Source: Vescimonas sp. (GTDB lineage Bacteria; Bacillota; Clostridia; Oscillospirales; Oscillospiraceae). From it: 64,000 bases of DNA. Each line of letters opens with the position of its first letter. The first letter of the stretch is position 1. Below the pieces are notes generated by a model that was given only the letters and a program-made list of their open reading frames with translations, did no database searches and was not told the DNA's origin. The translations under genes were made by a program, and so were the position numbers. This document shows positions 21,210-30,811 of the stretch, piece after piece. Location: contig JAZTZR010000037.1 in assembly GCA_045637545.1 (NCBI GenBank), positions 435 through 64,434 of the forward strand. Reading direction: 5' to 3'.

Positions 21210-22478
21210 TCACCCCACTGCATCGAAAAGAGAAAGTTGCTGCGCCTCACTATGAGGCAAATCACCCCGCTCCACTGCCTCCAACTGTTGCAGCAGTGTA
21301 GTAGGGGAGAAGTGTAGTCCCGGGCGCATCCGGCCACCGCAGGTGAAGAAAAATTGCGCCCGCTTCATCACCACGCCCAGTTTTTGTAAGTCCTCAAACC
21401 GTATATAGGTATTGCGGCGTGCCGAGACAATGCGCCGCGCGCTGACCGGTCCGATACCGGGAACGCGCAGCAGTGTTTCTATATCGGCAGAGAGAATATC
21501 CACAGGGAACTGTTCCAAATGACCCAGTGCCCAGTGTGCTTTTGGATCCAGGTAAGGGTTGAAGTCGGGATGCTTCTCGTCCAGCAGTTCCTGAGCCCGA
21601 AAGCCGTAAAACCGCAGCAGCCAATCGGCCTGATATAAGCGATGTTCCCGCAGCAGCGGTGGCTTTGTATCCAAGGAGGGAAGAAGGGCATTTTCCACTA
21701 CCGGAATGTAGGCAGAGTAGAACACACGCTTGAGCTGGTACTTTCCATACAGTGACTCCGACAAATGGAGAATATGCCGATCGGAATCCGCCGTGGCACC
21801 GACGATCAGCTGTGTACTCTGTCCGGCGGGGGCAAAGGTAGGCGTGTGTTTATACTTTACCAGCTCCCGACGATTCTCCTGTGCCGTATCCCTGATTTGC
21901 CCCATAGGACGCAAAATGGCCTCCTTCGACTTGTCGGGGGCCAAGGTCTGCAACCCTTGCTGAGAGGGTAGCTCAATATTCACACTGAGACGGTCTGCCA
22001 GGAGACCGAGCTGATGTACCAATTCCGGTGAAGTGCCGGGGATGGCTTTTGCATGGATATAGCCGTTAAAACGATACTCCTGCCGCAGCATCCGGAGAGC
22101 AGCGATCATCTGCTCGGTGGTATAGTCCGGTGAGCGCAGCACACCGGAAGAGAGGAAGAGTCCTTCAATATAATTGCGCCGATAAAACTCAATGGTCAGC
22201 TCTGCCAGTTCACGCGGCGTAAAGGAAGCGCGGGGCGTATCGTTACTGCGGCGATTGACGCAGTAAGCGCAATCGTAACAGCAGGCGTTGCTCATCAATA
22301 CTTTGAGAAGCGTAATGCACCGCCCATCTGCCGAGAAGCTATGGCAGCATCCGGCAATAGAGGAGGTGGTATTTCCAATCATTCCCGGGCGGGAAGCACG
22401 GCGCACACCGCTGGATGTGCAGGCGGCATCGTACTTCGCCGCATCGGTGAGAATGGCTAGTTTTTGCGCGATATCCAT
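21210..22478 (-). CDS. Putative DNA modification/repair radical SAM protein (TIGR03916-like) with HhH
   Basis: AKYDAACTSSG, CCYDCAYC (CxxxCxxC), RVPGIGPVSA HhH, REHRLYQADWLLRFYGF. Confidence 0.92.
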   Translation of the reverse strand: MDIAQKLAILTDAAKYDAACTSSGVRRASRPGMIGNTTSSIAGCCHSFSADGRCITLLKVLMSNACCYDCAYCVNRRSNDTPRASFTPRELAELTIEFYRRNYIEGLFLSSGVLRSPDYTTEQMIAALRMLRQEYRFNGYIHAKAIPGTSPELVHQLGLLADRLSVNIELPSQQGLQTLAPDKSKEAILRPMGQIRDTAQENRRELVKYKHTPTFAPAGQSTQLIVGATADSDRHILHLSESLYGKYQLKRVFYSAYIPVVENALLPSLDTKPPLLREHRLYQADWLLRFYGFRAQELLDEKHPDFNPYLDPKAHWALGHLEQFPVDILSADIETLLRVPGIGPVSARRIVSARRNTYIRFEDLQKLGVVMKRAQFFFTCGGRMRPGLHFSPTTLLQQLEAVERGDLPHSEAQQLSLFDAVG

Positions 22479-22502
22479 AGCGCGTCAATGAGGGGAAGTG
22501 CT

Positions 22503-22625
22503 TTACGCAGCGCTGCGGCTGCGGCGACGGCGAGGACGCTCCAGACGATCGATCAGACGCATGATATTCACGGACACGGACAGTGCGCCGGCAATGATAA
22601 TGATGTAACCGAGAGTAGTGAACAT
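22503..22625 (-). CDS. 40-aa single-TM small protein with Arg-rich tail
   Basis: AGGAGG RBS before ATG 22625; MFTTLGYIIIIAGALSVSVNIMRLIDRLERPRRRRSRSAA; first ORF after the LexA-boxed promoter. Confidence 0.7.
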   Translation of the reverse strand: MFTTLGYIIIIAGALSVSVNIMRLIDRLERPRRRRSRSAA

Positions 22626-22643
22626 AGGTGAATACCTCCTGTT

Positions 22644-22713
22644 AGAATGTTTGTTCGAGTACATTATATATCGAACAAAGGTTCTTGTCAATAGAAAATC
22701 GAACAAAAATTCG
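22644..22713 (-). promoter_or_regulatory. SigA promoter with three Gram-positive LexA (Cheo/SOS) boxes
   Basis: Minus-strand TTGACA(22691-22686)-17-TATAAT(22668-22663); CGAACAAAGGTTCT 22672-22685 (perfect GAAC-N4-GTTC), AGAATGTTTGTTCG 22644-22657, CGAACAAAAATTCG 22700-22713. Confidence 0.88.
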
Positions 22714-22795
22714 AAATTCTTCCAAAGAGGTTGACCCATACATGATTTTGTATTACAATGGGGATGAATCTACAAGTGATAGAGGACGATTGTAT

Positions 22796-25273
22796 ATGAC
22801 CGAACTGGAAAAGAGATTTGTTGCCGCCCGAAAGCGTGCCATCGAGGTGGATTTTTCGAAATTGAACCCTATGCAGCGCCAAGGTGTATTGACCACAGAG
22901 GGGCCGCTGTTGTTGCTGGCGGGTGCCGGTAGTGGCAAGACCACGGTACTGATCCATCGCATTGCCAATCTGCTGCGCTATGGTCGCGGCAGTGACTGTG
23001 ATGAGATTCCCATGCCCATTTCCGAGGATGAGGTGGAGTTTCTGGAGGCCTACGCCGATGCCCCTACCGAGGAGCAGAAGCCGCTGGCCCGTTATCTCTG
23101 TGCTGTAGAGCCGCCCCAGCCCTATGAAGTGTTGGCTATCACCTTCACCAACAAGGCTGCCAACGAGCTGAAGGAGCGCTTGGAGCGGATGCTGGGGGAG
23201 GAAGGCTGCGATGTTTGGGCCTCCACATTCCACTCTGCCTGCGTGCGTATTCTGCGTCGGGACATTGATCGCATCGGCTACAGCCGCGACTTTACCATCT
23301 ACGATACCGATGACAGTAAGCGGGTCATCAAGGATTGTCTCAAGGAACTGGATCTGGATGAAAAGACCTTTTCCACCCGCGAGGTACTCTCTGCCATCTC
23401 CCGCGCCAAGGAGGAGATGGTCAGCCCCGCAGAATACTGTGAGCACTGGGAAAAACAGTCTGATTGGCGTAAGATTCGCATTGGTAAAGTCTATTCGCTT
23501 TACACGAACAAGCTTCGTAGCGCCAACGCGCTGGACTTCGATGATCTGATTTTACAGACGGTGCACCTGCTGGAGAGCGACCGTGAGGTGCGGGAGTACT
23601 ACCGCTGCCGTTTCCGCTATGTGCTCATCGACGAGTATCAGGACACCAACCACTTGCAGTACCGGCTGACCACGCTGTTGGCAGGCGGTTACCGGAATAT
23701 CTGCGTGGTGGGAGACGATGACCAGAGTATCTACCGCTTCCGCGGTGCCAATATTGAGAATATCCTCAACTTTGAAAAGCAGTATGCCGGAACCCGCACC
23801 ATTCGATTGGAGCAGAACTATCGCTCCACCCAGCATATTCTCGATGCCGCCAACGCCGTTATCCGCAATAATGAAGGACGCAAGGGTAAGACATTGTGGA
23901 CCGATCGGGGAGAAGGTGAGAGGGTCACCATCAAGACTACCTTCAACGAGAACGACGAGGCGAACTTCGTGCTGGGCGAGATCATGATGAACTACAATCG
24001 CGGTTTGAACTGGCGTGACCACGCCATTCTCTACCGCATGAACGCCCAATCCAACGCACTGGAATATGCCTTCCGCCGCAATGGTGTACCCTATAAGGTA
24101 ATGGGCGGCATGAAGTTCTTCGATCGCGCCGAAGTTAAGGACATGCTGGCTTATCTCTGTCTTATCAACAACCCCACCGATGACCTGCGTCTTCGGCGTA
24201 TTGTCAATGTGCCCTCCCGCAAGATCGGTGCCGCCAGTATCGACAAGGCACAGCGCATTGCCACAGAGAATGGCTTGCCTCTCTATGAGGTGCTACGCCA
24301 TGCTAAGGACTATCCCGACCTGAAAACCGCGGCAGTAAAGTTTTATCCCTTTACGGATATGATTGAGGAGATGCGGGAAAAGGCCGACCAGATGGAACTG
24401 GTGGACTTCTATGAATATGTCTGTGAACGCAGCGGATATGCCGCTATGCTGACGGAGAAGAACGACATGGAGAGCCGTGGCCGTCTGGAGAACATCCGAG
24501 AGCTGACATCCTCCATCCGTGCCTTTTTGGACAACGATCCCGAGAATCCCACACTGGCGGGTTTCCTCGATGAAGTGGCACTCTATACCGACCTGGACAG
24601 TGCCGATGCAGGGGACAACGCCGTGGTAATGATGACCATCCATAGTGCCAAGGGCCTGGAGTTCCCCCATGTGTATGTAGTGGGCATGGAGGACGGCCTT
24701 TTCCCGGGAAATCGCGCCATGAGCGAGCCGGAGGAGATGGAAGAGGAGCGCCGGTTGTGCTATGTGGCCATGACCCGTGCCATGGAGAAGCTGACGCTGA
24801 CCCACGCACGGCAGCGTATGCTGTTTGGCCGTACTACTCCTGCCATGCCTTCCCGTTTCCTGGAAGAGGTTCCCGAGGAGAACTCCCAGTGGATCGGTAA
24901 GCCTGAACCCCGTACCGAGCGCCACTGGAGCGACGACTACAACGACGATGTTGGCGGATTTTCCTCCAGCTTCGGCGGTGGCTATAGTGGTGGACACGGA
25001 AGCTTTGGCGGCTATAATACCACCTATGCCTCTGCGCCCAAGGTTTCGGCCAAGAAACCTGCCTTTACCGAGAGCATCAAAAAGGCTGCCCCTGCTGCGC
25101 CTGCGCTGCAGCTGCAGCCGGGTGAGAGCGTACGGCACGATGCCTTTGGACAGGGCTTGGTGATCTCCGTCCGTCCTATGGGTGGCGATGCCCTCATTGA
25201 GGTGGCCTTCGACAAGGTGGGTACCAAGAAGCTGATGCTGAAGGCAGCTTCAGCACATTTGAGCAAAGAATAA
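22796..25273 (+). CDS. pcrA: ATP-dependent DNA helicase PcrA/UvrD
   Basis: AGAGSGKT, TFTNKAA, DEYQDTN, VGDDDQSIY, MTIHSAKGLEF, EERRLCYVA; C-terminal Tudor-like domain. Confidence 0.95.
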   Translation: MTELEKRFVAARKRAIEVDFSKLNPMQRQGVLTTEGPLLLLAGAGSGKTTVLIHRIANLLRYGRGSDCDEIPMPISEDEVEFLEAYADAPTEEQKPLARYLCAVEPPQPYEVLAITFTNKAANELKERLERMLGEEGCDVWASTFHSACVRILRRDIDRIGYSRDFTIYDTDDSKRVIKDCLKELDLDEKTFSTREVLSAISRAKEEMVSPAEYCEHWEKQSDWRKIRIGKVYSLYTNKLRSANALDFDDLILQTVHLLESDREVREYYRCRFRYVLIDEYQDTNHLQYRLTTLLAGGYRNICVVGDDDQSIYRFRGANIENILNFEKQYAGTRTIRLEQNYRSTQHILDAANAVIRNNEGRKGKTLWTDRGEGERVTIKTTFNENDEANFVLGEIMMNYNRGLNWRDHAILYRMNAQSNALEYAFRRNGVPYKVMGGMKFFDRAEVKDMLAYLCLINNPTDDLRLRRIVNVPSRKIGAASIDKAQRIATENGLPLYEVLRHAKDYPDLKTAAVKFYPFTDMIEEMREKADQMELVDFYEYVCERSGYAAMLTEKNDMESRGRLENIRELTSSIRAFLDNDPENPTLAGFLDEVALYTDLDSADAGDNAVVMMTIHSAKGLEFPHVYVVGMEDGLFPGNRAMSEPEEMEEERRLCYVAMTRAMEKLTLTHARQRMLFGRTTPAMPSRFLEEVPEENSQWIGKPEPRTERHWSDDYNDDVGGFSSSFGGGYSGGHGSFGGYNTTYASAPKVSAKKPAFTESIKKAAPAAPALQLQPGESVRHDAFGQGLVISVRPMGGDALIEVAFDKVGTKKLMLKAASAHLSKE

Positions 25274-25276
25274 AGT

Positions 25277-25309
25277 AAAAGAGCGTGCACGAATCGTGCA
25301 CGCTCTTTT
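25277..25309. terminator. Bidirectional terminator
   Basis: aaaagagcgtgcacg-aat-cgtgcacgctctttt. Confidence 0.85.
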
Positions 25310-25320
25310 GCTGTGTAGCA

Positions 25321-26199
25321 CTATTCAGTCAACGCCTTGATCAGGGCAGGGACAAGCGGATTGCGGTTATCCTTGCGCCATGCGGCTACAAGGCCTGTGG
25401 TGCGGCTTTCAGGGAAGTCGATGATACGCAGCGTCGTGTTGCGCTCAAGGCGGGTGTTGCGATCCAGCATGGCCACGCCCATACCCATTTCCACGCAGAG
25501 GAAGAGACTTTCCATAGTGGTGGGCTCGCGTACAATATTCGGCACAAACCCGCATTCACTGCACTGCTGCATCAGCAGGTTGTAGCCACCCTGGGATTCC
25601 TCGCGGGAGATGGCTACAAAAGGCTCATTGCGGAAGTCGGAGAAGGTGAGGTTCTCCTTCTGTGCCAATGGATGGGATTTGCTGAGGATAATGGCACCGT
25701 GATGGCGAAATAGCGTGACGCTGTCCCAATCGGGATGTCCGTCCATTTCGAACTCCATGGTAAAGAGAACATCGTATGTGCCGCGGTCAAGACCGTGACG
25801 GAGATTGCGGAAGGAGTTGCGCTCCATTTCGATGAGTACCTTGGGATCCTTTTTGCGCAGGGAATTGATACGCTCAGAGAGGAAGAGGTTCACATCCTGT
25901 CCTTCCAGCACGCCGATGGAGAGACTGCCCACCTCGCGGTGGCTGAGGGTCTCGGCGTGGGATACGGCCCGCTCAATATGTTCGGGGATATCCCGCACTT
26001 GGTTATAGAGGTATTCTCCTGCACGGGTAAGGCTGATGCGCTTTCCGTTACGCTGGAAGAGGGAAAAGCCCACTTCCTGTTCCAACAGGGCGATCTGGCG
26101 GGAGAGGTTGGGCTGGGAGACATAGAGCGCTTGTGCCGCTTTTGAAAAACTGCACCAGCGTGCTACCTCCACAAAATATTTGACTCGCATTAAATTCAT
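25321..26199 (-). CDS. LysR-family transcriptional regulator
   Basis: SFSKAAQALYVSQPNLSRQIALLEQEVG; divergent from the flavoprotein gene. Confidence 0.92.
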   Translation of the reverse strand: MNLMRVKYFVEVARWCSFSKAAQALYVSQPNLSRQIALLEQEVGFSLFQRNGKRISLTRAGEYLYNQVRDIPEHIERAVSHAETLSHREVGSLSIGVLEGQDVNLFLSERINSLRKKDPKVLIEMERNSFRNLRHGLDRGTYDVLFTMEFEMDGHPDWDSVTLFRHHGAIILSKSHPLAQKENLTFSDFRNEPFVAISREESQGGYNLLMQQCSECGFVPNIVREPTTMESLFLCVEMGMGVAMLDRNTRLERNTTLRIIDFPESRTTGLVAAWRKDNRNPLVPALIKALTE

Positions 26200-26283
26200 A
26201 CATATCACATCCTAATTTGATTATAGCATGATGTCCAATTATAAGCAAGTAACTTTGACAAACTGCACAAAAAACTTCTGAAC

Positions 26284-26357
26284 TATAACCAGAATGCAAT
26301 TATTTGTTGCGAAAAAAGTATTTTACATATAACCAAAAATCATATATGCTATAACCA
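26284..26357 (+). promoter_or_regulatory. Three phased TATAACCA repeats, probable LysR binding sites
   Basis: TATAACCA at 26284, 26328 and 26350 (spacings 44 and 22 bp) in the divergent intergenic region. Confidence 0.55.
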
Positions 26358-26421
26358 TGAAACTGGGTCACTGTGTGTAAGAGTGGCGCAGACAAGAGAG
26401 ATTTTTGAGGAGGAAACAATA

Positions 26422-27417
26422 ATGAAGATTTTGGGCGTTTCTCTGGGTACTAAGAACGGTAACAACGATACCATGTGCCGCGTGGCTCTGGAAGCTGCTA
26501 AGGCCAAGGGTGCCGAAATCGAGTTCATCCATCTGCACGACTGGAAGATCGACTACTGCTCCGGCTGCGTGGCTTGCTCCCGTGGTCTGGTTATGGGCAA
26601 GGGTATGATCTGCACCCGCAAGGACGATTTTGCCGCTTTCTACAACAAGCTGGTGGAGGCTGACGGCGTGCTGATCGTTGATCCCATCTTCGAGTCCGGC
26701 GGCACCGGCCTGTTCCATTCCATCACCGACCGCATGGGCCCCGGCCACGACACCGGTATGCTGCTGATGCTGGACGGCAAGCTGAAGGAGCAGGGCAAGG
26801 AGGGTCTGGATCCCCGTCTGTTCCGTCAGAAGGCTATCTCCTTCATCGGCATCGGCGGTTCCGACTGGGCTGTCCGTACCGAGACCGACCACGCCATGTT
26901 CGCCATGTCCCCCGGCTGGAAGGTCGTCAACAATGAGTTCTTCTCCTGGTCCAAGGATATCATCATGCAGGATGACAAGATCGCCCGCATGCAGGAGATC
27001 GGCGCCAATCTGGTTGAGGCCGCTCAGTACATCATCGACAACAATGTCATGATCCCCGGCTCCGAGAACCTCGACCTGTGGAAGGGTGCCGACGGCGCTT
27101 GCCCCCACTGCCACGGTAACAACTTCTACATCTTCCCCGGCACCAACCACGCTGTTTGCGAGCTGTGCGGCCTGGAGGGTCACCTGGAAGTGAAGGATGG
27201 CGCCATGAAGCTGGTTGCCGATCCCGAGCTGGGTCCCAACGGTCAGGAGTGGCACTGCCACGACATCCTCTCCGGTAAGGCTGCCCACGGTCAGGACATC
27301 TTTGAGAACGAGGGCCGCCTGATGGAACTGCATAAGGACGAGACCTTCAAGGCTCGTAAGGCTCACTACACCGCCGTGTGCGAGCCCACTCCCGCTCCCA
27401 GCAAGGCCAACGCCTGA
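26422..27417 (+). CDS. Flavodoxin-family / iron-sulfur flavoprotein with C-terminal zinc-ribbon-like extension
   Basis: KILGVSLGTKNGN, CSGCVAC...C motif, ADGVLIVDPIF; C-terminal CPHC and CELC. Confidence 0.8.
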   Translation: MKILGVSLGTKNGNNDTMCRVALEAAKAKGAEIEFIHLHDWKIDYCSGCVACSRGLVMGKGMICTRKDDFAAFYNKLVEADGVLIVDPIFESGGTGLFHSITDRMGPGHDTGMLLMLDGKLKEQGKEGLDPRLFRQKAISFIGIGGSDWAVRTETDHAMFAMSPGWKVVNNEFFSWSKDIIMQDDKIARMQEIGANLVEAAQYIIDNNVMIPGSENLDLWKGADGACPHCHGNNFYIFPGTNHAVCELCGLEGHLEVKDGAMKLVADPELGPNGQEWHCHDILSGKAAHGQDIFENEGRLMELHKDETFKARKAHYTAVCEPTPAPSKANA

Positions 27418-27440
27418 TTGAAATCACGCCATATAGCACT

Positions 27441-27474
27441 GCAGGAGACAGCTGATGCTGTCTCCTGCTTTTTT
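27441..27474 (+). terminator. Intrinsic terminator
   Basis: gcaggagacagc-tgat-gctgtctcctgc + T-tract. Confidence 0.85.
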
Positions 27475-27492
27475 GATATCTGCTGATAAAAG

Positions 27493-27520
27493 AAAAAATC
27501 CCTGCCCGAAAGGGCAGGGA
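27493..27520 (-). terminator. rpmB terminator
   Basis: tccctgccc-gaaa-gggcaggga with an upstream A-tract (T-tract on the minus strand). Confidence 0.75.
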
Positions 27521-27534
27521 ACATGTTTGACCAC

Positions 27535-27723
27535 TTAGATAGCGCGGGTAACTTTACCGGAACGCAGGCACCGGGTACAAACATACACATGGCGAGGCGT
27601 ACCATTGACCAGAGCCTTCACGCGCTTGACGTTGGGCTTCCAGGGACGATTGGAACGACGGTGAGAATGAGACACCTTAATACCAAAAGTCACGCCCTTG
27701 TTGCAAAACTCGCACTTTGCCAT
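27535..27723 (-). CDS. rpmB: 50S ribosomal protein L28 (Zn-binding C+ form)
   Basis: MAKCEFCNKG...VSHSHRRSNRPWKPNV...VCTRCLRSG; GGAGG RBS; TTGCAT-17-TATGAT promoter. Confidence 0.96.
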   Translation of the reverse strand: MAKCEFCNKGVTFGIKVSHSHRRSNRPWKPNVKRVKALVNGTPRHVYVCTRCLRSGKVTRAI

Positions 27724-27933
27724 CCGTTGCACCTCCTTGCTGTCGTAACATCATGCTTGGTTATTCGCAAGCAAAAGCTATCATAACAGAAGTTGAACCA
27801 AAATGCAAGCATTATTTGACAAAAAAATGAAAAAATTTTTGTGAGTCTTGATGGGGAAATTTCATTGCGAAAAAGGGGCGGTTGAGGTATAATATACTCT
27901 GTATAATTATAGTATCGGCAAGGAGATCGTACT

Positions 27934-28881
27934 ATGGAAAAGGTAAAACGCACCCCCGCATCCCTGAAGAAGCTGGTAGAGACATTTAACATGGAAATCA
28001 TCCATAAGGGAAGTGACTATGATACCGCAGTCATCACCGTGTGCGATGCCTTCCGTCCCTCACTGCAGCTGGTGGGATTCTTTGATTATTTTGATGACAA
28101 GCGTTTGCAGGTGCTTGGCAAGAGCGAGATGCAGTATCTGGCCCGTATGGATGTGGCAGAGCGTACCCGTGTGCTGAACCGCCTCATGAGCTATGAATTT
28201 CCTGCCTTGATCGTCTCCCGCAATCTCGAAGTGTTCAACGAGATAGTGGAGATGGCCAAGAAGCATGGCCGCACGCTGCTGCGCACGGAGATGGACACGG
28301 TGGATACCACCAGCCATGTGATCGAATATCTGAATATGGCACTGGCACCCCAGATCACCCGCCACGGCGTGTTGGTGAATGTGTACGGTCAGGGCGTGCT
28401 GATGCTGGGTGAGAGCGGTGTCGGTAAGAGTGAGACGGCCATAGAGCTGCTTAAGCGCGGCCATCAGCTGGTGGCTGACGATGCCGTGGAGATCCGCCGC
28501 ATCAACAATATGCTGATCGGTACGGCTCCCGAGATCATTCGCCACTATGTGGAGATCCGTGGCGTGGGTATCATTGATATTCAGCAGCTGTTTGGTATGG
28601 GTGCTGTTCAGTTTGAGAAGGAGATCGACCTCATCATCCAGTTGGAACAGTGGGAGGACGGCAAGTTTTACGACCGTCTTGGTCTCGGCGAGGATATGTA
28701 TACGCTTCTTGGTGTGGATCTGCCCATCGTGACGATTCCTGTTCGTCCCGGTCGAAATCTGGCCGGTATCGTGGAGATCGCTACCATGAAGAATCGCCAG
28801 ATGCGCTACGGACAGAACTCCAGCCGCGACTTTATGACACAGTTTGATGCAAAGATGACGGAGTTGAGCCAGCAGAGTTAG
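27934..28881 (+). CDS. hprK: HPr kinase/phosphorylase
   Basis: HGVLV, GESGVGKSETA, LVADD, EIRGVGII, PVRPGRN; TTGCGA-17-TATAAT promoter at 27865-27893. Confidence 0.96.
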   Translation: MEKVKRTPASLKKLVETFNMEIIHKGSDYDTAVITVCDAFRPSLQLVGFFDYFDDKRLQVLGKSEMQYLARMDVAERTRVLNRLMSYEFPALIVSRNLEVFNEIVEMAKKHGRTLLRTEMDTVDTTSHVIEYLNMALAPQITRHGVLVNVYGQGVLMLGESGVGKSETAIELLKRGHQLVADDAVEIRRINNMLIGTAPEIIRHYVEIRGVGIIDIQQLFGMGAVQFEKEIDLIIQLEQWEDGKFYDRLGLGEDMYTLLGVDLPIVTIPVRPGRNLAGIVEIATMKNRQMRYGQNSSRDFMTQFDAKMTELSQQS

Positions 28882-28896
28882 CAACGGAGGTTTTTT

Positions 28897-29862
28897 GTGA
28901 GATATATCGGCATCGATATCGGAGGAACCAACTTAAAAGCCGGAATGGTGGACGAGGGCGGACGGCTGATCGCCGTGCAGAAGATGAAGATCGCTTCTGT
29001 TACCGATGCGGCAACCTTAGCCTGGACACTTCATGCCATGGTTATGGATCTGTGCAAGGAGACCGACACCAGTGAGGCAGAACTGTTTTCGGTTGGTGTG
29101 GGCTGTCCCGGTACGGTACAGATCCGCAGCGGTTCGATTCTCAGTACCTGCAATCTGCCCTTCCGCAATGTACCTCTGCGCCGCCTCTATCACCAGATGA
29201 GCCGTACGCCCTTCTATATTGAAAACGATGCCAACTGTGCCGCGCTTGGTGAATACTATGCCGGTGCCGGCCGTGGCAGCAAGCGATTTATCACCGTTAC
29301 GCTGGGTACCGGTGTGGGCGGCGGTATCATCCACAACGGAAAGATCTACCACGGCTCCAATGGTATTGCCGGCGAGGTGGGTCACATGACCGTGGATATG
29401 AACGGTGAGGAGTGTCCCTGCGGCAACCGTGGCTGTTGGGAGGGGTATGCCTCCGCCACAGCTCTGAAGCGGCTGACAAAGGAAGTATGGGAGCAAAATC
29501 CCGACAGTATTTTGGCTCGTGTAATTGCCGAGAACGGTGGAAAAGTTTCCGGACGCTCTGCCTTTATCGCTGCCCGTGAGGGGTGCCCTGCAGGGCAGGT
29601 GGTGTGCGATCGGTACATAGACTATCTCTCCGTTGGCATTATCAATTTGATCAATATTTTCCAGCCCGATACCCTTGCCATCGGCGGTGGTGTCAGCAAC
29701 GAGACAGATGAGCAGCTGCTTTTCCCCCTGCGTGAGCGGGTGGCCAGGCGCGCCATCTCCTACAAGGCAGAGAAACTGCCCCATATCGTCAAAGCGGAGT
29801 TGGGCAACGATGCCGGACTCATTGGTGCGGCGTTGTTGGGTCGCAAAAAACGCATTATTTAA
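28897..29862 (+). CDS. ROK-family sugar kinase (glucokinase-like)
   Basis: GIDIGGT, ENDANCAA, TLGTGVGGG, GEVGH, CPCGNRGCWE. Confidence 0.9.
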   Translation: MRYIGIDIGGTNLKAGMVDEGGRLIAVQKMKIASVTDAATLAWTLHAMVMDLCKETDTSEAELFSVGVGCPGTVQIRSGSILSTCNLPFRNVPLRRLYHQMSRTPFYIENDANCAALGEYYAGAGRGSKRFITVTLGTGVGGGIIHNGKIYHGSNGIAGEVGHMTVDMNGEECPCGNRGCWEGYASATALKRLTKEVWEQNPDSILARVIAENGGKVSGRSAFIAAREGCPAGQVVCDRYIDYLSVGIINLINIFQPDTLAIGGGVSNETDEQLLFPLRERVARRAISYKAEKLPHIVKAELGNDAGLIGAALLGRKKRII

Positions 29863-29883
29863 TGACCGTGCAGGAGGCACTTT

Positions 29884-30801
29884 ATGTCTAGGTTTACCCT
29901 TTTGGATCAGAAAATTACAGACTATCTTCCCGATATGACCGTGGTGCAGGATGAGCCTCTCAGCCGCCACTGCTCCTTCCGTATCGGTGGCCCCGCCAAA
30001 CGGATGGCATTTCCTGTCAACGGTGAGCAAGTGGTTCTGCTGCAGGCCCTTGCAGAGGAGTGCGGTGTTCGCATGATGCTGCTGGGTCGCGGCAGCAATG
30101 TACTGTTCCCCGATGCGGGACTGGAGGCCTTGGTGATCAGTACCGAGAAGATGGATGAAATCACCTCTCCCGAGCCGGGGCAGTATGTGGCCCGCGCCGG
30201 TGCAACACTGAACCGTCTGGCGCTGGCGGCTTGCCGCGACGGCTATACGGGTCTTGAGTTTGCCCACGGCATTCCCGGCAGTGTGGGCGGCGGCGTATGC
30301 ATGAACGCCGGTGCCTACGACGGAGAGCTGCGACAGGTCATCGAATGGGTGGAAGTGCTGTTCCCTGATGAAGGTGTGAAGAAGATCCCCTGTGAGGAAA
30401 TGGATTTCTCCTATCGTCACAGCCTTTTAAGCGACCGCCCCGATGCCATCGTGCTGCGTGCGGCCTTCCGTCTGCAGGAGGGCGACAGCAGCGCCATTCG
30501 CGGCAAGATGGACGAGTTTATGCAGCGGCGTAAGGCATCCCAACCGCTGGAATTCCCCAGTGCCGGCAGTACTTTCAAGCGTCCTGTCGGACATTTTGCC
30601 GGACGCCTGATCGAAGAGGCAGAGTGTAAGGGTTTGACTGTGGGGGGCGCACAGGTTTCGGAAAAGCACGCCGGTTTCGTCATCAATTACGACGGTGCAA
30701 CGGGCGAAGATGTCCGAAACCTCATCAAAGAGGTACAGCGCCGTGTCTACGAGCGCTCCGGCGTGATGCTGGAGCCGGAGGTACGGATCATCGAGGGATA
30801 A
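29884..30801 (+). CDS. murB: UDP-N-acetylenolpyruvoylglucosamine reductase
   Basis: GRGSNVL, GIPGSVGG, MNAGAY, PSAGSTFKRP, SEKHAGF, LEPEV. Confidence 0.95.
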   Translation: MSRFTLLDQKITDYLPDMTVVQDEPLSRHCSFRIGGPAKRMAFPVNGEQVVLLQALAEECGVRMMLLGRGSNVLFPDAGLEALVISTEKMDEITSPEPGQYVARAGATLNRLALAACRDGYTGLEFAHGIPGSVGGGVCMNAGAYDGELRQVIEWVEVLFPDEGVKKIPCEEMDFSYRHSLLSDRPDAIVLRAAFRLQEGDSSAIRGKMDEFMQRRKASQPLEFPSAGSTFKRPVGHFAGRLIEEAECKGLTVGGAQVSEKHAGFVINYDGATGEDVRNLIKEVQRRVYERSGVMLEPEVRIIEG

Positions 30802-30811
30802 GGAGGAGGCT

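Noticed and set aside
24940-25110. Gly/Ser/Tyr-rich low-complexity stretch in PcrA
   Set aside because: Normal disordered linker before the C-terminal domain; not an intein or repeat element.
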